DNA of 64,000 bases. It comes from Ignavibacteriales bacterium. GTDB taxonomy: Bacteria; Bacteroidota; Ignavibacteria; T3Sed10-11. The stretch is from the NCBI GenBank assembly GCA_003568415.1, contig PWXV01000324.1, positions 8,736-72,735 of the forward strand, read 5' to 3'. Below are positions 19,785 to 28,984 of this stretch, piece after piece. A program made the position numbers and the translations under genes. Below the pieces are notes generated by a model. That model was not told the DNA's origin, searched no databases, and saw only the letters and a program-made list of their open reading frames with translations. Position 1 is the first letter of the stretch; every line of letters begins with the position of its first letter.

Positions 19785-20476
19785 AATCCGAACGGGTGTC
19801 CGGCATATTGAACGTAATCAAATCACACGCTAAACCGGGTAACCGTGAAGGAATGGCACGGTTCGGCATTAACGTCGAGAATGCATATGGTGTATCGATT
19901 TATGAACTTCGAAAGATTGCAAAAGATATCGGTCTCGACCACGATCTCGCACGTGCCTTGTGGGATACCGGTAATCACGAAGCCCGAATTCTTGCAGGTA
20001 TGATTGATGACCCTGCCCTGGTTACCGAAGAGCAAATGGAAAGATGGGTGCAGGATTTCAACTCGTGGGATCTGTGCGATCAGGTTTGCTCCAATTTGTT
20101 CGATCGAACAAAGTATGCGTATAAAAAAGCGTTTGCATGGACGAACAGGGAAGAAGAATTCGTGAAGCGTGCCGGTTTTGTTCTTATGGCAGCGTTATCG
20201 GTCCACGATAAGAATGCTTCCGATTCGCGATTTGAAAAATTTCTCCCGATCATAAAAAAACATGCAATCGATGAGCGTAACTTTGTGAGGAAAGCAGTGA
20301 ACTGGGTGTTGCGCCAGATTGGTAAGCGAAATGTGGTATTGCATCGAAAAGCTATCGACACTGCACTTGATATTGAACAATATAATTCGAAAACTGCCCG
20401 GTGGATAGCAAAGGATGCGTTGCGTGAGTTGCGAAGTGAAAAGGTGAAGAAGAAATTGAAAATGTTAAAGTCATAA
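19781..20476 (+). CDS. AlkD-like DNA alkylation repair protein
   Basis: GMARFGI, LWDTG.HEAR, FNSWDLCD, DERNFVRKAVNWVLRQIGKR; ATGA overlap with the DinB gene. Confidence 0.88.
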   Translation: MKSERVSGILNVIKSHAKPGNREGMARFGINVENAYGVSIYELRKIAKDIGLDHDLARALWDTGNHEARILAGMIDDPALVTEEQMERWVQDFNSWDLCDQVCSNLFDRTKYAYKKAFAWTNREEEFVKRAGFVLMAALSVHDKNASDSRFEKFLPIIKKHAIDERNFVRKAVNWVLRQIGKRNVVLHRKAIDTALDIEQYNSKTARWIAKDALRELRSEKVKKKLKMLKS

Positions 20477-20520
20477 AATAAAGAACGACAACGCTATCGA
20501 GGCAAAACGATTTACAGGTT

Positions 20521-20994
20521 TTACCCCGAACCGATTTGCTTTTCATCGTTAACCGTTTTTATATCCGTTAAATTATTCTGAACGATCAGGTAATCCTCTA
20601 CAATGTTTCCTCCGATGAGATGTTCCTGAATAATGCGTTCGAGCACCGGCGGATCGCAGCTATGGTACCATACACCTTCGGGGTAGACTACCGCGATGGG
20701 ACCTGATTCGCAGATGCGTAAACAGTTAGCTTTTGTACGGAATATACTTTTGTTACCATTGAGTTCAAGTTCTTTTAAACGTTTTTTTAAGTACTCCCAC
20801 GCCACCAGTGACCTGCCCCGGTCACAGCATTTCGGTTTAGTCTGATCGCAGCATAGGAATATATGCCGTTTAATATGAGGAATCCCGAGATCTTTTGCTT
20901 TCCGATAGGTTGTTTTAATTGTTTTTGTTCCTTTCCCTGGTATCGATACGTAAGTAATATTGTTATGAACAGAAAAGTAGAAGGTTTTGTTCAT
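20521..20994 (-). CDS. Thioredoxin-like [2Fe-2S] ferredoxin; start uncertain (ATG 20994 or ATT 20919)
   Basis: [47 protein letters not shown]. Confidence 0.8.
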   Translation of the reverse strand: MNKTFYFSVHNNITYVSIPGKGTKTIKTTYRKAKDLGIPHIKRHIFLCCDQTKPKCCDRGRSLVAWEYLKKRLKELELNGNKSIFRTKANCLRICESGPIAVVYPEGVWYHSCDPPVLERIIQEHLIGGNIVEDYLIVQNNLTDIKTVNDEKQIGSG

Positions 20995-21003
20995 TGAACC
21001 ATG

Positions 21004-21171
21004 GTAGGGTGGACACCACCTGTGTGCTGGCTTTGTGTGAAGGGGGTGGCGTCCACCTTGTGTGCGGGAATAATTCGTAGTAGCTTTTTTAAAATCCACA
21101 CTACTGCAAATCCTTCGCGCAGGTGGAGGCCATCTTCCTGCGCGCATCTCCCGGCGCAGATGGTCTCCACC
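21004..21171. repeat. Pair of GGTGGA...TCCACC hairpins, REP-like
   Basis: Stems 21008-21020/21045-21057 and 21122-21135/21158-21171; the first is preceded by GTAG. Confidence 0.6.
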
Positions 21172-21204
21172 CGGCATCGTGCTGTTTAATTTGAATTTAC
21201 TACC

Positions 21205-22071
21205 TCAACCATCTCTATCATCTAAATAAGAATATACCGTTTCAAGTCGGTCCACCTCATCCAGAGAAGTATTATCACACCGCCTGATAATCCAGGGTGA
21301 GATGAGTTTAACACCGGATTTCCTACGGTTTGCCCGTTCAACCGATTCAAATGCTATTTCATATACTAAACCTGGGTTAATACTCACGACCGGACCGAAT
21401 TGTTCGCGGGTGTTTTTTGACACATAATCCCGTATCCGGAGGTGCTCATCAGAAACGATGCCCGACTTTGCTTTAACAATCGGAACAAGCAATTCATCTT
21501 TCCAAACGGCAAATGTGTATTCATTGCGGGATACATAAAGCAAGACTGCTTTTATTGTGGCGTGCCGGCGGGTCGCCGTGAATTTTGTATGGAATGATTC
21601 ATTGAGCTCCGTTTCACTGACCGGAGACCTGTATGTACCGGTAATAATTCTGTTAAACACATATAGCTCTTTAGGGGATAACACTCTCCATAGTGAATGG
21701 ATGTAATCTCTTGTATGTTTATAGGATGAATGATTAAGATCGTGAAGACGATCCATAATTTCGTGCAATGGCAGTGTTGAAGCACTCGTATTTGATTTTA
21801 CCAGTAGCGTAGTTGCGTCGGTAAGGTTGCCTGTGTGCTGAATACATTCTTCAATAAGCCATAGCGGGAGTTCTGTAAAATCCGATACACATATACGAAG
21901 TTCATCATACTTGATATATCTGCGTTTACCGGTATTCCGTAACAATGATTCTGCCCAATGCCGGTCAGCATCAATTTGAATATCTTGCATATACCGGTAC
22001 AGCCGGTGAACCCGTTGTTTCCGCGACGGTATCGTAAGCAGATCAAAATGAAGTTGTGCAAACGAATTCAT
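21205..22071 (-). CDS. ATP-dependent DNA ligase-derived protein with N-terminal and OB domains but no adenylation domain
   Basis: LPLWLIEE...GNL.D...LL and VFNRIITG.YR (ligase N-domain); YTFAVW, LVPIVKA.SG, NT.EQFGPV, EIAFE...RKSGV (OB domain); no KxDG; 288 aa. Confidence 0.7.
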   Translation of the reverse strand: MNSFAQLHFDLLTIPSRKQRVHRLYRYMQDIQIDADRHWAESLLRNTGKRRYIKYDELRICVSDFTELPLWLIEECIQHTGNLTDATTLLVKSNTSASTLPLHEIMDRLHDLNHSSYKHTRDYIHSLWRVLSPKELYVFNRIITGTYRSPVSETELNESFHTKFTATRRHATIKAVLLYVSRNEYTFAVWKDELLVPIVKAKSGIVSDEHLRIRDYVSKNTREQFGPVVSINPGLVYEIAFESVERANRRKSGVKLISPWIIRRCDNTSLDEVDRLETVYSYLDDRDG

Positions 22072-22104
22072 AAAAATATATAAATTAAAAATAACCCGAA
22101 GTTA

Positions 22105-23583
22105 TCACCCGAACACAACCTTTCCAACCTCACACTCACCGCACCGTTCTTCCCGGCAATAGAATTTATACAATTGTATCTTTCCTTGATACATTGGTGC
22201 AGTTGTTTTTTCCGGTTTACCGTTCAGCAATTCCTTGTCGATCTTGCGTGTTATATTGTTATCCGCCGGTGCAGATAGTGTGGAAAATAATTCTTCAGTC
22301 GCACCTCGTAGATCTATGTCTTTATACGTCCGTGCATATAAAAACAGAAATGGTAGTATAACATTTATCGTAATCTCGTCGATACGGCTCCTGCCGATCA
22401 GTTGTGTTAGCTTGCGCGAAGCTTTTTTACCGAACGTATAATGATTCTTCCAGTATCCATCGGCAGGTATTGTAAAATAGTTTCTGATCTCTTTGATTTT
22501 ATTCCGTGGTACAGCATCCGGTTGTTTTACAGTACCGAGAAGAAATTCAAGCACAGGATTATCGATCATTCGTTCCACTATGCGGGCAAGCGCGGCTATG
22601 CGCAGCGTCGGGAAGTTTTGCGGACGCAGCCGGAAGAACTGCCATTCGGTTGCATCCATCGGCGAATGTTTGATTTTTGTTTTTTCGTTTCCAACTGTAT
22701 GGCGTAATTCCTTTTGATAGGTATCGTCGGTTGTATTGTCAAGAAGGCCTGCCATTTCGAAAAGGAGCCCTTCACGTGCATCCCCGGGTAGTTCGCGTAG
22801 ACGCGGGAAGGTCACAAGGGACGAAAGCCGTCTGAACGGAAGCTGATTTTTGGAATATCCGAGCGCTTCGGCTATCGATTCGTATAATAACTGCTCCCAC
22901 GCATCTTTCTTTCGTAGATCATTAACCGATGGAGGGCGCGCCGGAGGTGGTATCTCATCGATGTTTCCCTGAAACGGTATCTCGCCGTACCGCGCGGCGG
23001 GTTCACGCAGATCGTAATTGTCGGGTGATGCAAGTTCGTGCAGACGGTTATGCATTGTCCGTACCTTCAGTTCAATTCGCCGCATACCAAGTGTAGTAAT
23101 CCAGTTCAGTTTGAGGTTATTATCGACACCATCATTCTTTCCATAACAGGCTATATGATCCAACCGGCGTGAGCGCTCGCCCGATATAGACTTTTGCCAG
23201 ACCGCGCGAACCGGTTCAATGAGAAACTGGTCGAGAATTAATGTCGGCACTTTGCGTCCGCTTTCTGTAGTTGTTCTCTCAAAGTCGCTGCCGGATTTCA
23301 TTACAACGTGTAATATGACTTTATTATATCGCGGGTCGTGCTGGTGAAGGTGAGTTGACCAGTCTTCGAGCGTGCGGTGTATCTCGATGTCGCCGGCGTA
23401 GAGTGTGTCACCGATTTGTATTTTTGCGTTGAGGAAATCCGGTCCGGTGTCGGTGTTCGGTGTGCCCGGATCGATTATGGTTACGGAAAGTCCCTCGTGT
23501 GATTCGAGGGAAGCGGTACGGAAAAGCTGCTGCGACCATACTTCATGCAGGAACTTTTCCGGCAGCAACGTTGTGCGTGGCAT
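22105..23583 (-). CDS. DUF2851-family protein
   Basis: EKFLHEVW, PG..N.DTGPDFLNA.I.I, GDIEIH...DW..H.H..DP.Y..VILHVV, WQFFRLRPQNFPTLRIA, C-terminal C..C..C. Confidence 0.85.
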   Translation of the reverse strand: MPRTTLLPEKFLHEVWSQQLFRTASLESHEGLSVTIIDPGTPNTDTGPDFLNAKIQIGDTLYAGDIEIHRTLEDWSTHLHQHDPRYNKVILHVVMKSGSDFERTTTESGRKVPTLILDQFLIEPVRAVWQKSISGERSRRLDHIACYGKNDGVDNNLKLNWITTLGMRRIELKVRTMHNRLHELASPDNYDLREPAARYGEIPFQGNIDEIPPPARPPSVNDLRKKDAWEQLLYESIAEALGYSKNQLPFRRLSSLVTFPRLRELPGDAREGLLFEMAGLLDNTTDDTYQKELRHTVGNEKTKIKHSPMDATEWQFFRLRPQNFPTLRIAALARIVERMIDNPVLEFLLGTVKQPDAVPRNKIKEIRNYFTIPADGYWKNHYTFGKKASRKLTQLIGRSRIDEITINVILPFLFLYARTYKDIDLRGATEELFSTLSAPADNNITRKIDKELLNGKPEKTTAPMYQGKIQLYKFYCREERCGECEVGKVVFG

Positions 23584-23609
23584 GATGTTCCTCCCGGTTT
23601 GTTCATAGA

Positions 23610-24407
23610 TTATGTGATCTCATTCCGGTATGTATTGATCATTGCATGCACTTCCACTGCGGTATCTCGTACATTATTCGCGTAAATGATCGATCGTCCG
23701 ACGTTTATCAGTAGCAGATCCTTATTCTTCGTACAACCGTGTTCAACTGAATTTTTCAAGTCACCGCCCTGTGCACCGATACCGGGTAATAGTATCGGCA
23801 TATCGGGGGCAAGTTTTCTAATGCCGGCAAGCTCGCGTGCTTGTGTTGCTCCGACCACGAGCCCGATATTTTTACTGGTGTTCCATTTCTTCGCCCGTTG
23901 AACTACCCTTTCATAGAGATAACGGTCACCGACTTTCAATTTTTGAAAATCCTTTGCACCCGGATTAGAGGTCAGAGCAAGAATGAAAGCACCTTTCTCC
24001 GGATACTGAATAAAAGGCTCCACCGAATCGGTTCCCATATACGGATTGACCGTCACGGCATCGAATTCAAATCCATCGAATAGTGTCTCCGCGTACCGTT
24101 CTGCTGAATTACCGATATCGTTGCGTTTACCGTCACCGATAGTGATAATTCCATCCGGTACCAGCTCAAGTGAATCCTCAAGCGCTTCAATACCCGATAT
24201 TCCCTGTGCTTCGTAAAAAGCAAGATTAAATTTATAGGCACATACCATGTCCGATGTCGATTCGATAATGTGTTTATTAAATTCTACAATCGGGTCGCCT
24301 GTTTTTTGCAGGTGTGAAGGAATTTTATCGAGCACCGGATCAAGTCCGATACATAACAGACTATTACAGGTCTGTTGTATTTGCCGCAGCCGTTCGGTAA
24401 AGGTCAT
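23610..24407 (-). CDS. pyrF: Orotidine-5'-phosphate decarboxylase
   Basis: LCIGLDP, AYKFNLAFYE, DGKRNDIGNS, VTVNPYMG, LLPGIGAQGG; ATGA overlap with dcd. Confidence 0.93.
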   Translation of the reverse strand: MTFTERLRQIQQTCNSLLCIGLDPVLDKIPSHLQKTGDPIVEFNKHIIESTSDMVCAYKFNLAFYEAQGISGIEALEDSLELVPDGIITIGDGKRNDIGNSAERYAETLFDGFEFDAVTVNPYMGTDSVEPFIQYPEKGAFILALTSNPGAKDFQKLKVGDRYLYERVVQRAKKWNTSKNIGLVVGATQARELAGIRKLAPDMPILLPGIGAQGGDLKNSVEHGCTKNKDLLLINVGRSIIYANNVRDTAVEVHAMINTYRNEIT

Positions 24408-24940
24408 TTGAAGTTCTTCCACATCATTGATTCCATCGGTTTTTCGTTGCGTTGCGTATATTTGGCTGAAGTCTTTTTGTTGTATGGTGTAAGCACATCT
24501 CCGGATGTTTCAAAATATATTAATTGTCCGATCGGCATGCCATAGTATACGCGTACCGGCTGCTTAACCGAAATCTCCAGTGTCCAGTAATTACAAAATC
24601 CGACATCGCCCTTACCGGCGGTCGCGTGAATATCGATACCGAGCCGTCCAATACTGCTTTTGCCTTCGAGGAACGGAACGTGTTTATGCGTTTCGGTGTA
24701 CTCAAGTGTTACACCAAGGTATAATCGTGAAGGAAACAATATCATCCCCTCATCGGGTATTTCAATATAGGTAACCTTATTGTGTTCTCTACTGTCCAAT
24801 AAATCGTCTTTATAGATTGCAAGGTGTTTTCCGAGGTGTACGTCGTAGCTGTTCGAACCGAGGTGCTTCCGGTCGAACGGTTCAATTACTATTCTACCGC
24901 TCTCGATCTCGTCGAGTATCTGTTTGTCTGTGAGGATCAT
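24404..24940 (-). CDS. dcd: dCTP deaminase
   Basis: MILTD..I, NSYDVHLG, EGKSSIGRLG, TLEI, PIGQL. Confidence 0.93.
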   Translation of the reverse strand: MILTDKQILDEIESGRIVIEPFDRKHLGSNSYDVHLGKHLAIYKDDLLDSREHNKVTYIEIPDEGMILFPSRLYLGVTLEYTETHKHVPFLEGKSSIGRLGIDIHATAGKGDVGFCNYWTLEISVKQPVRVYYGMPIGQLIYFETSGDVLTPYNKKTSAKYTQRNEKPMESMMWKNFK

Positions 24941-25204
24941 TTGTAAGATAGATAATCTGAGTGGTTATGTGTGCTTATTTATCCAGTAAAAATACGAAAA
25001 ATCCGATGAACTGCAAAACCAAACGGCTACCCCATTCCGGATGTGATAAATGTTGAAGGAGAAAGAGCGGGAGGGCAAAAATTAATATATCTCCCGATTT
25101 GTCTGACTATGAAAGTCATTGATTTTAGAATGAAAATGCAGAATATTTTGCTTTTTTAGTGCCTTCTCCGTACTATTGGTTAGGTTCACTAAATTATAAA
25201 ATCT

Positions 25205-26062
25205 ATGGAAACAATCCTCGTAACGGGCGGCAGCGGATTGCTTGGCCGGTATGTTGTCAGGGCACTGCGGGATAAATATAGGGTTATTGTTCTTGATAAA
25301 ATACCCCCTGAAGATTCTGTTGAATATCATGAGGGTAACGTCCTCGATCTGCCATTTTTAATAGAGAAGACACAAGGAATCGATGCTATCGTGCACCTTG
25401 CTGCAATCCCGCATCCGCTCGATCACCCGGCAGAGGAGGTGATTAATCTCAATGTAATGGGGACGTTCAATATGCTTGAGGCCGCCGCCCGGAATAATGT
25501 CCGGAAGTTCGTATTTGCCTCCAGCGAATCAACACTTGGCTTCGCATTTGCCGAACGTAAAAACCATCCTGATTATGTTCCGGTCGATGAAGATCATCCG
25601 CTTCGTCCGCAGGATCCGTATGGTATGAGCAAGGTGTTGTGCGAAGAAATGTGCAAAACATATACAAGACGTTACGCAATGCAAACCCTTTGTTTTCGTA
25701 TGCCGTGGATATGGGTACCCGAACCCGAAGAGCAAAAATTGTATCGTACGTTAATCGATGAGTATCCGAATTGGTATAAAAATTTGTGGGCATTTATACA
25801 TGGCATGGATGCGGCAGATGCGTTCGCACTTGCACTCGAGCGTGAGTATCGTGAGGAACAACGATCATGGTTTATTACCGCCGACGATAACTGGACCGGT
25901 GTTGCATCGATAAAACTCGTAAGGAAATTTTTCCCTGAAACTATCATCTATAAAAACCGGCTGCCGGATACAAAGAGTCTGATCGCAAATTACAAGGCAA
26001 AAACGGAACTCGGATTCAGACCCCGGCGAACCGTTAATGATGTTTTTAATGAGATCGCATAG
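25205..26062 (+). CDS. NAD-dependent epimerase/dehydratase family protein
   Basis: TGGSGLLG, VHLAAIP, ASS, YGMSK (YxxxK). Confidence 0.88.
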   Translation: METILVTGGSGLLGRYVVRALRDKYRVIVLDKIPPEDSVEYHEGNVLDLPFLIEKTQGIDAIVHLAAIPHPLDHPAEEVINLNVMGTFNMLEAAARNNVRKFVFASSESTLGFAFAERKNHPDYVPVDEDHPLRPQDPYGMSKVLCEEMCKTYTRRYAMQTLCFRMPWIWVPEPEEQKLYRTLIDEYPNWYKNLWAFIHGMDAADAFALALEREYREEQRSWFITADDNWTGVASIKLVRKFFPETIIYKNRLPDTKSLIANYKAKTELGFRPRRTVNDVFNEIA

Positions 26063-26064
26063 CA

Positions 26065-27021
26065 ATGAAACGAACGATACTGCTTGATGTCGATACCGGT
26101 GTCGATGATTCAATAGCGATCTTGTTTGCATTACGCCTGCCGCAGCTCGAGGTAAAAGCCATAACTACCGTTAGCGGTAATGTGCACGTTGATGAGGTAA
26201 CTGAAAATACTAAAGTTGTGTTAGGGTTGATCGAGCACAAAGGAATACGGCTCGGTAAAGGAGCCTCAGCGTCGTTGCGTCGTACCCGTTTCCACGCACC
26301 CGAAGTTCATGGTGATGAAGGATTGGGAAATGTCCGGGGAAAATACATACGGTATCGTACCCGTATACAAACCGAGCGTGCGGTTCCGTTACTAATCGAT
26401 ATAATAAAAAAAAGTAAAACGCCTGTGTCGATTGTCGCTACCGGTCCGTTGACCAATATTGCCCGGGCTATTAAAAAAGACAACCGTACTATGCAACGCG
26501 TTAAAGAAATCATCAGCATGGGAGGATCGTTCGGGCATCGGGGAAATACCGGCCCGCTCGCTGAATTCAATTACTATGTAGATCCGGACGCTGTTAATGT
26601 TGTCGCACAAGCAGGAATACCGCTGACGATCGTACCGTTAAATGTAACCGAGACCGTACCCCTGAGCCGGAAAGATGTGATTGCATGGAGCCGAAAAGCA
26701 AATTCAGGTGTCTCGCGTTTTATCGCAGATGTTACAGAATTTTATATGGATTTCCACAGCAGGGTGGAAGGTTTTAGAGGCGGCTTTATGCATGATCCTC
26801 TTACAATAGCAATTGCTGCTGTTCCCTCAATAGTGAAAAAACGTTACAAAAAACCTATATTAATAGAGACCCAGGGACTTTACACGTCAGGAACAACACT
26901 TACCCGGGATGCGATAGGTAATGAAAAAAATGCACCCGTTGTTTCCGTGATTGCCGAGATCGACCATCGACGGTTTTGGAACCTGTTTCGAAAAGCTCTA
27001 TTCGCTACCGATAAACACTGA
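26065..27021 (+). CDS. Nucleoside hydrolase (IUNH family)
   Basis: DVDTGVDD, TVSGNV, VHG.EGLG, TGPLTNIA, AEFN..VDP, MHDP. Confidence 0.92.
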   Translation: MKRTILLDVDTGVDDSIAILFALRLPQLEVKAITTVSGNVHVDEVTENTKVVLGLIEHKGIRLGKGASASLRRTRFHAPEVHGDEGLGNVRGKYIRYRTRIQTERAVPLLIDIIKKSKTPVSIVATGPLTNIARAIKKDNRTMQRVKEIISMGGSFGHRGNTGPLAEFNYYVDPDAVNVVAQAGIPLTIVPLNVTETVPLSRKDVIAWSRKANSGVSRFIADVTEFYMDFHSRVEGFRGGFMHDPLTIAIAAVPSIVKKRYKKPILIETQGLYTSGTTLTRDAIGNEKNAPVVSVIAEIDHRRFWNLFRKALFATDKH

Positions 27022-27022
27022 G

Positions 27023-28954
27023 ATGAAATTTTCAATTGTATTTACTCTCATCTTATTTTGTGTGCCGCAATCCGAAGCACAGGTACCGGAAATAATAGCA
27101 TTTCCACGGGAAGCGCTTGTCGTTACCGATACGCTTGCAGCGCCTCACAGCACTTCACTTTCTTTTGAGCGTCTGCTTTCAAGTTTCCAGTGGAATCTCA
27201 ATCATCAAACCAACTATATTCACGACCGATGGTTTCTCATGATTGATGAAAATTTCAGATCGGGATTGATCCGAACCGACCGGCAATTTATCAAGGATCA
27301 ACAGGAACTCAGGATACTCGGGGGCAGACGTCTTAATGACCGTATGGATGTCAGGGTCTCTGGCTCGTCACTTTTTCTTTCGGATGATCAGATAACCGGC
27401 CTGAACGATGCCGGTATCTCTGATATGTATGCCGGTATGGGATATACGCTGTTTGATAATCTTACCGTCGTTCCGTATGTCGGGTATACAATAGACCGGC
27501 AGGCCGAAAAAACCGATTATGGATGGTCATATCTTGCCCGTTTACGTGGTGAAAATATAGAATATGCCGAGACATTCCTGAATATTGACAGTCAGTTTTC
27601 ATTGCAACAAGTCGATCCGAGGACTACCGCGAGTCACTTTATCCATGTAGATCTTGAACGTGAATTCGATCGGCAGACATTTCTTACTGTTCAGTCATAC
27701 TATACTTATTCACGCCGCGAGTTTTACTTCTCGGCAGATGATGTCACCCGGGATATATTTAATGTGGCTATGAATATCGATCAGCGGTTCGATCAACGAG
27801 TCGGAACCGCAGGAGAGATACAGTATTCGTTGCGTGAAAATATTACCGGTATGGTGAGAACATCGATTGATTGGCGCACTGTAACACGTGATTATTTCTA
27901 TCAACCGACAACACCGGTTACCAGTTATCTGTTCGGTACATCGGTTGATGAATTTTCATTGAATGCCCGGATTGGGTTACGATATTCTTTCGGAGACCGG
28001 TTTAGCGGTTCAAGTCATCTTACCTATAGTGAGCGTTCGGAAGAGCACCGGCTTAGCTCCGTCGATGAAACCATACCCTCATCGTTTGTTGATGAGCGGG
28101 CAGAAAGCGAGTTTCGAAAAAATAACATTTCTCAGAGAACAACGCTTGCCACACAGGGATCTGTTCGTTTGGCGCAGGGGCACCGTTTTAACTTTGCCGG
28201 TTCGACATCGATACTGCGCTACGATACACCCAGCCCGCTTAGTTTTGATGATCGGGATGAACTTCGTATATTGCTGTCTACCGGTACCAGTCATACAATA
28301 AACAGATATCTTACACTTACTGTGTCGGCAGATCTTATGCTTGCACATGTCGTTTATTTACGGGCGCAACGAAGCGCCAATAATAACTGGAACAGGGTGT
28401 TACGCCTTACTCCTGCCCTCACCTATGAGCCGTTTGATTGGTTGAGAACTACAAATGCCTTTGAGGTGATGGCGAACTATACCGTATATGATTTTGAAGA
28501 TATGCTCACGAATCTTCGCAGTCTTTCATACCGACAGATGGGATGGATAGATTCAACACGTGTACAATTAACCGAAAATACCCGGTTTGATTTTTTCTCA
28601 CATTATCGTAGATATGAACGGGGTGAAATCAGGTGGGATGCCTTTACAGAGCGCCCATTGCACTCTTTTGAGGAAGTAACACTGATTGCATCGGTACGAT
28701 ATGATGTCCGGCCGGGATCAATTGCCTTTGCCGGAGGGATTCGGTATTTTAACCGTAACCGATATCGATATATTCAACGTGAACGTGAGTTTGAGACGCA
28801 GTTGCGTAACGTCGGTCCGACATGTTATATCTTCTGGGATATAGATCGGCGATTGCGTTTAACAATCCAGGGATGGTATGAACTGCAGTTTCGTGACAGA
28901 GAACATAGTGGGTCAATACCGAATATGACAGTCGATATCGGTGCTCGATTTTAA
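27023..28954 (+). CDS. Uncharacterised outer-membrane beta-barrel protein
   Basis: Signal peptide from ATG 27023; alternating aromatic/polar strands; C-terminal beta-signal VDIGARF. Confidence 0.65.
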   Translation: MKFSIVFTLILFCVPQSEAQVPEIIAFPREALVVTDTLAAPHSTSLSFERLLSSFQWNLNHQTNYIHDRWFLMIDENFRSGLIRTDRQFIKDQQELRILGGRRLNDRMDVRVSGSSLFLSDDQITGLNDAGISDMYAGMGYTLFDNLTVVPYVGYTIDRQAEKTDYGWSYLARLRGENIEYAETFLNIDSQFSLQQVDPRTTASHFIHVDLEREFDRQTFLTVQSYYTYSRREFYFSADDVTRDIFNVAMNIDQRFDQRVGTAGEIQYSLRENITGMVRTSIDWRTVTRDYFYQPTTPVTSYLFGTSVDEFSLNARIGLRYSFGDRFSGSSHLTYSERSEEHRLSSVDETIPSSFVDERAESEFRKNNISQRTTLATQGSVRLAQGHRFNFAGSTSILRYDTPSPLSFDDRDELRILLSTGTSHTINRYLTLTVSADLMLAHVVYLRAQRSANNNWNRVLRLTPALTYEPFDWLRTTNAFEVMANYTVYDFEDMLTNLRSLSYRQMGWIDSTRVQLTENTRFDFFSHYRRYERGEIRWDAFTERPLHSFEEVTLIASVRYDVRPGSIAFAGGIRYFNRNRYRYIQREREFETQLRNVGPTCYIFWDIDRRLRLTIQGWYELQFRDREHSGSIPNMTVDIGARF

Positions 28955-28984
28955 TTAACTTTTTATAAATGCGGGAGCACAACA

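Noticed and set aside
20995-21177. N-terminal extension making the ferredoxin a 218-aa ORF
   Set aside because: It reads through GC-rich hairpins and is not protein-like; probably a chance open frame
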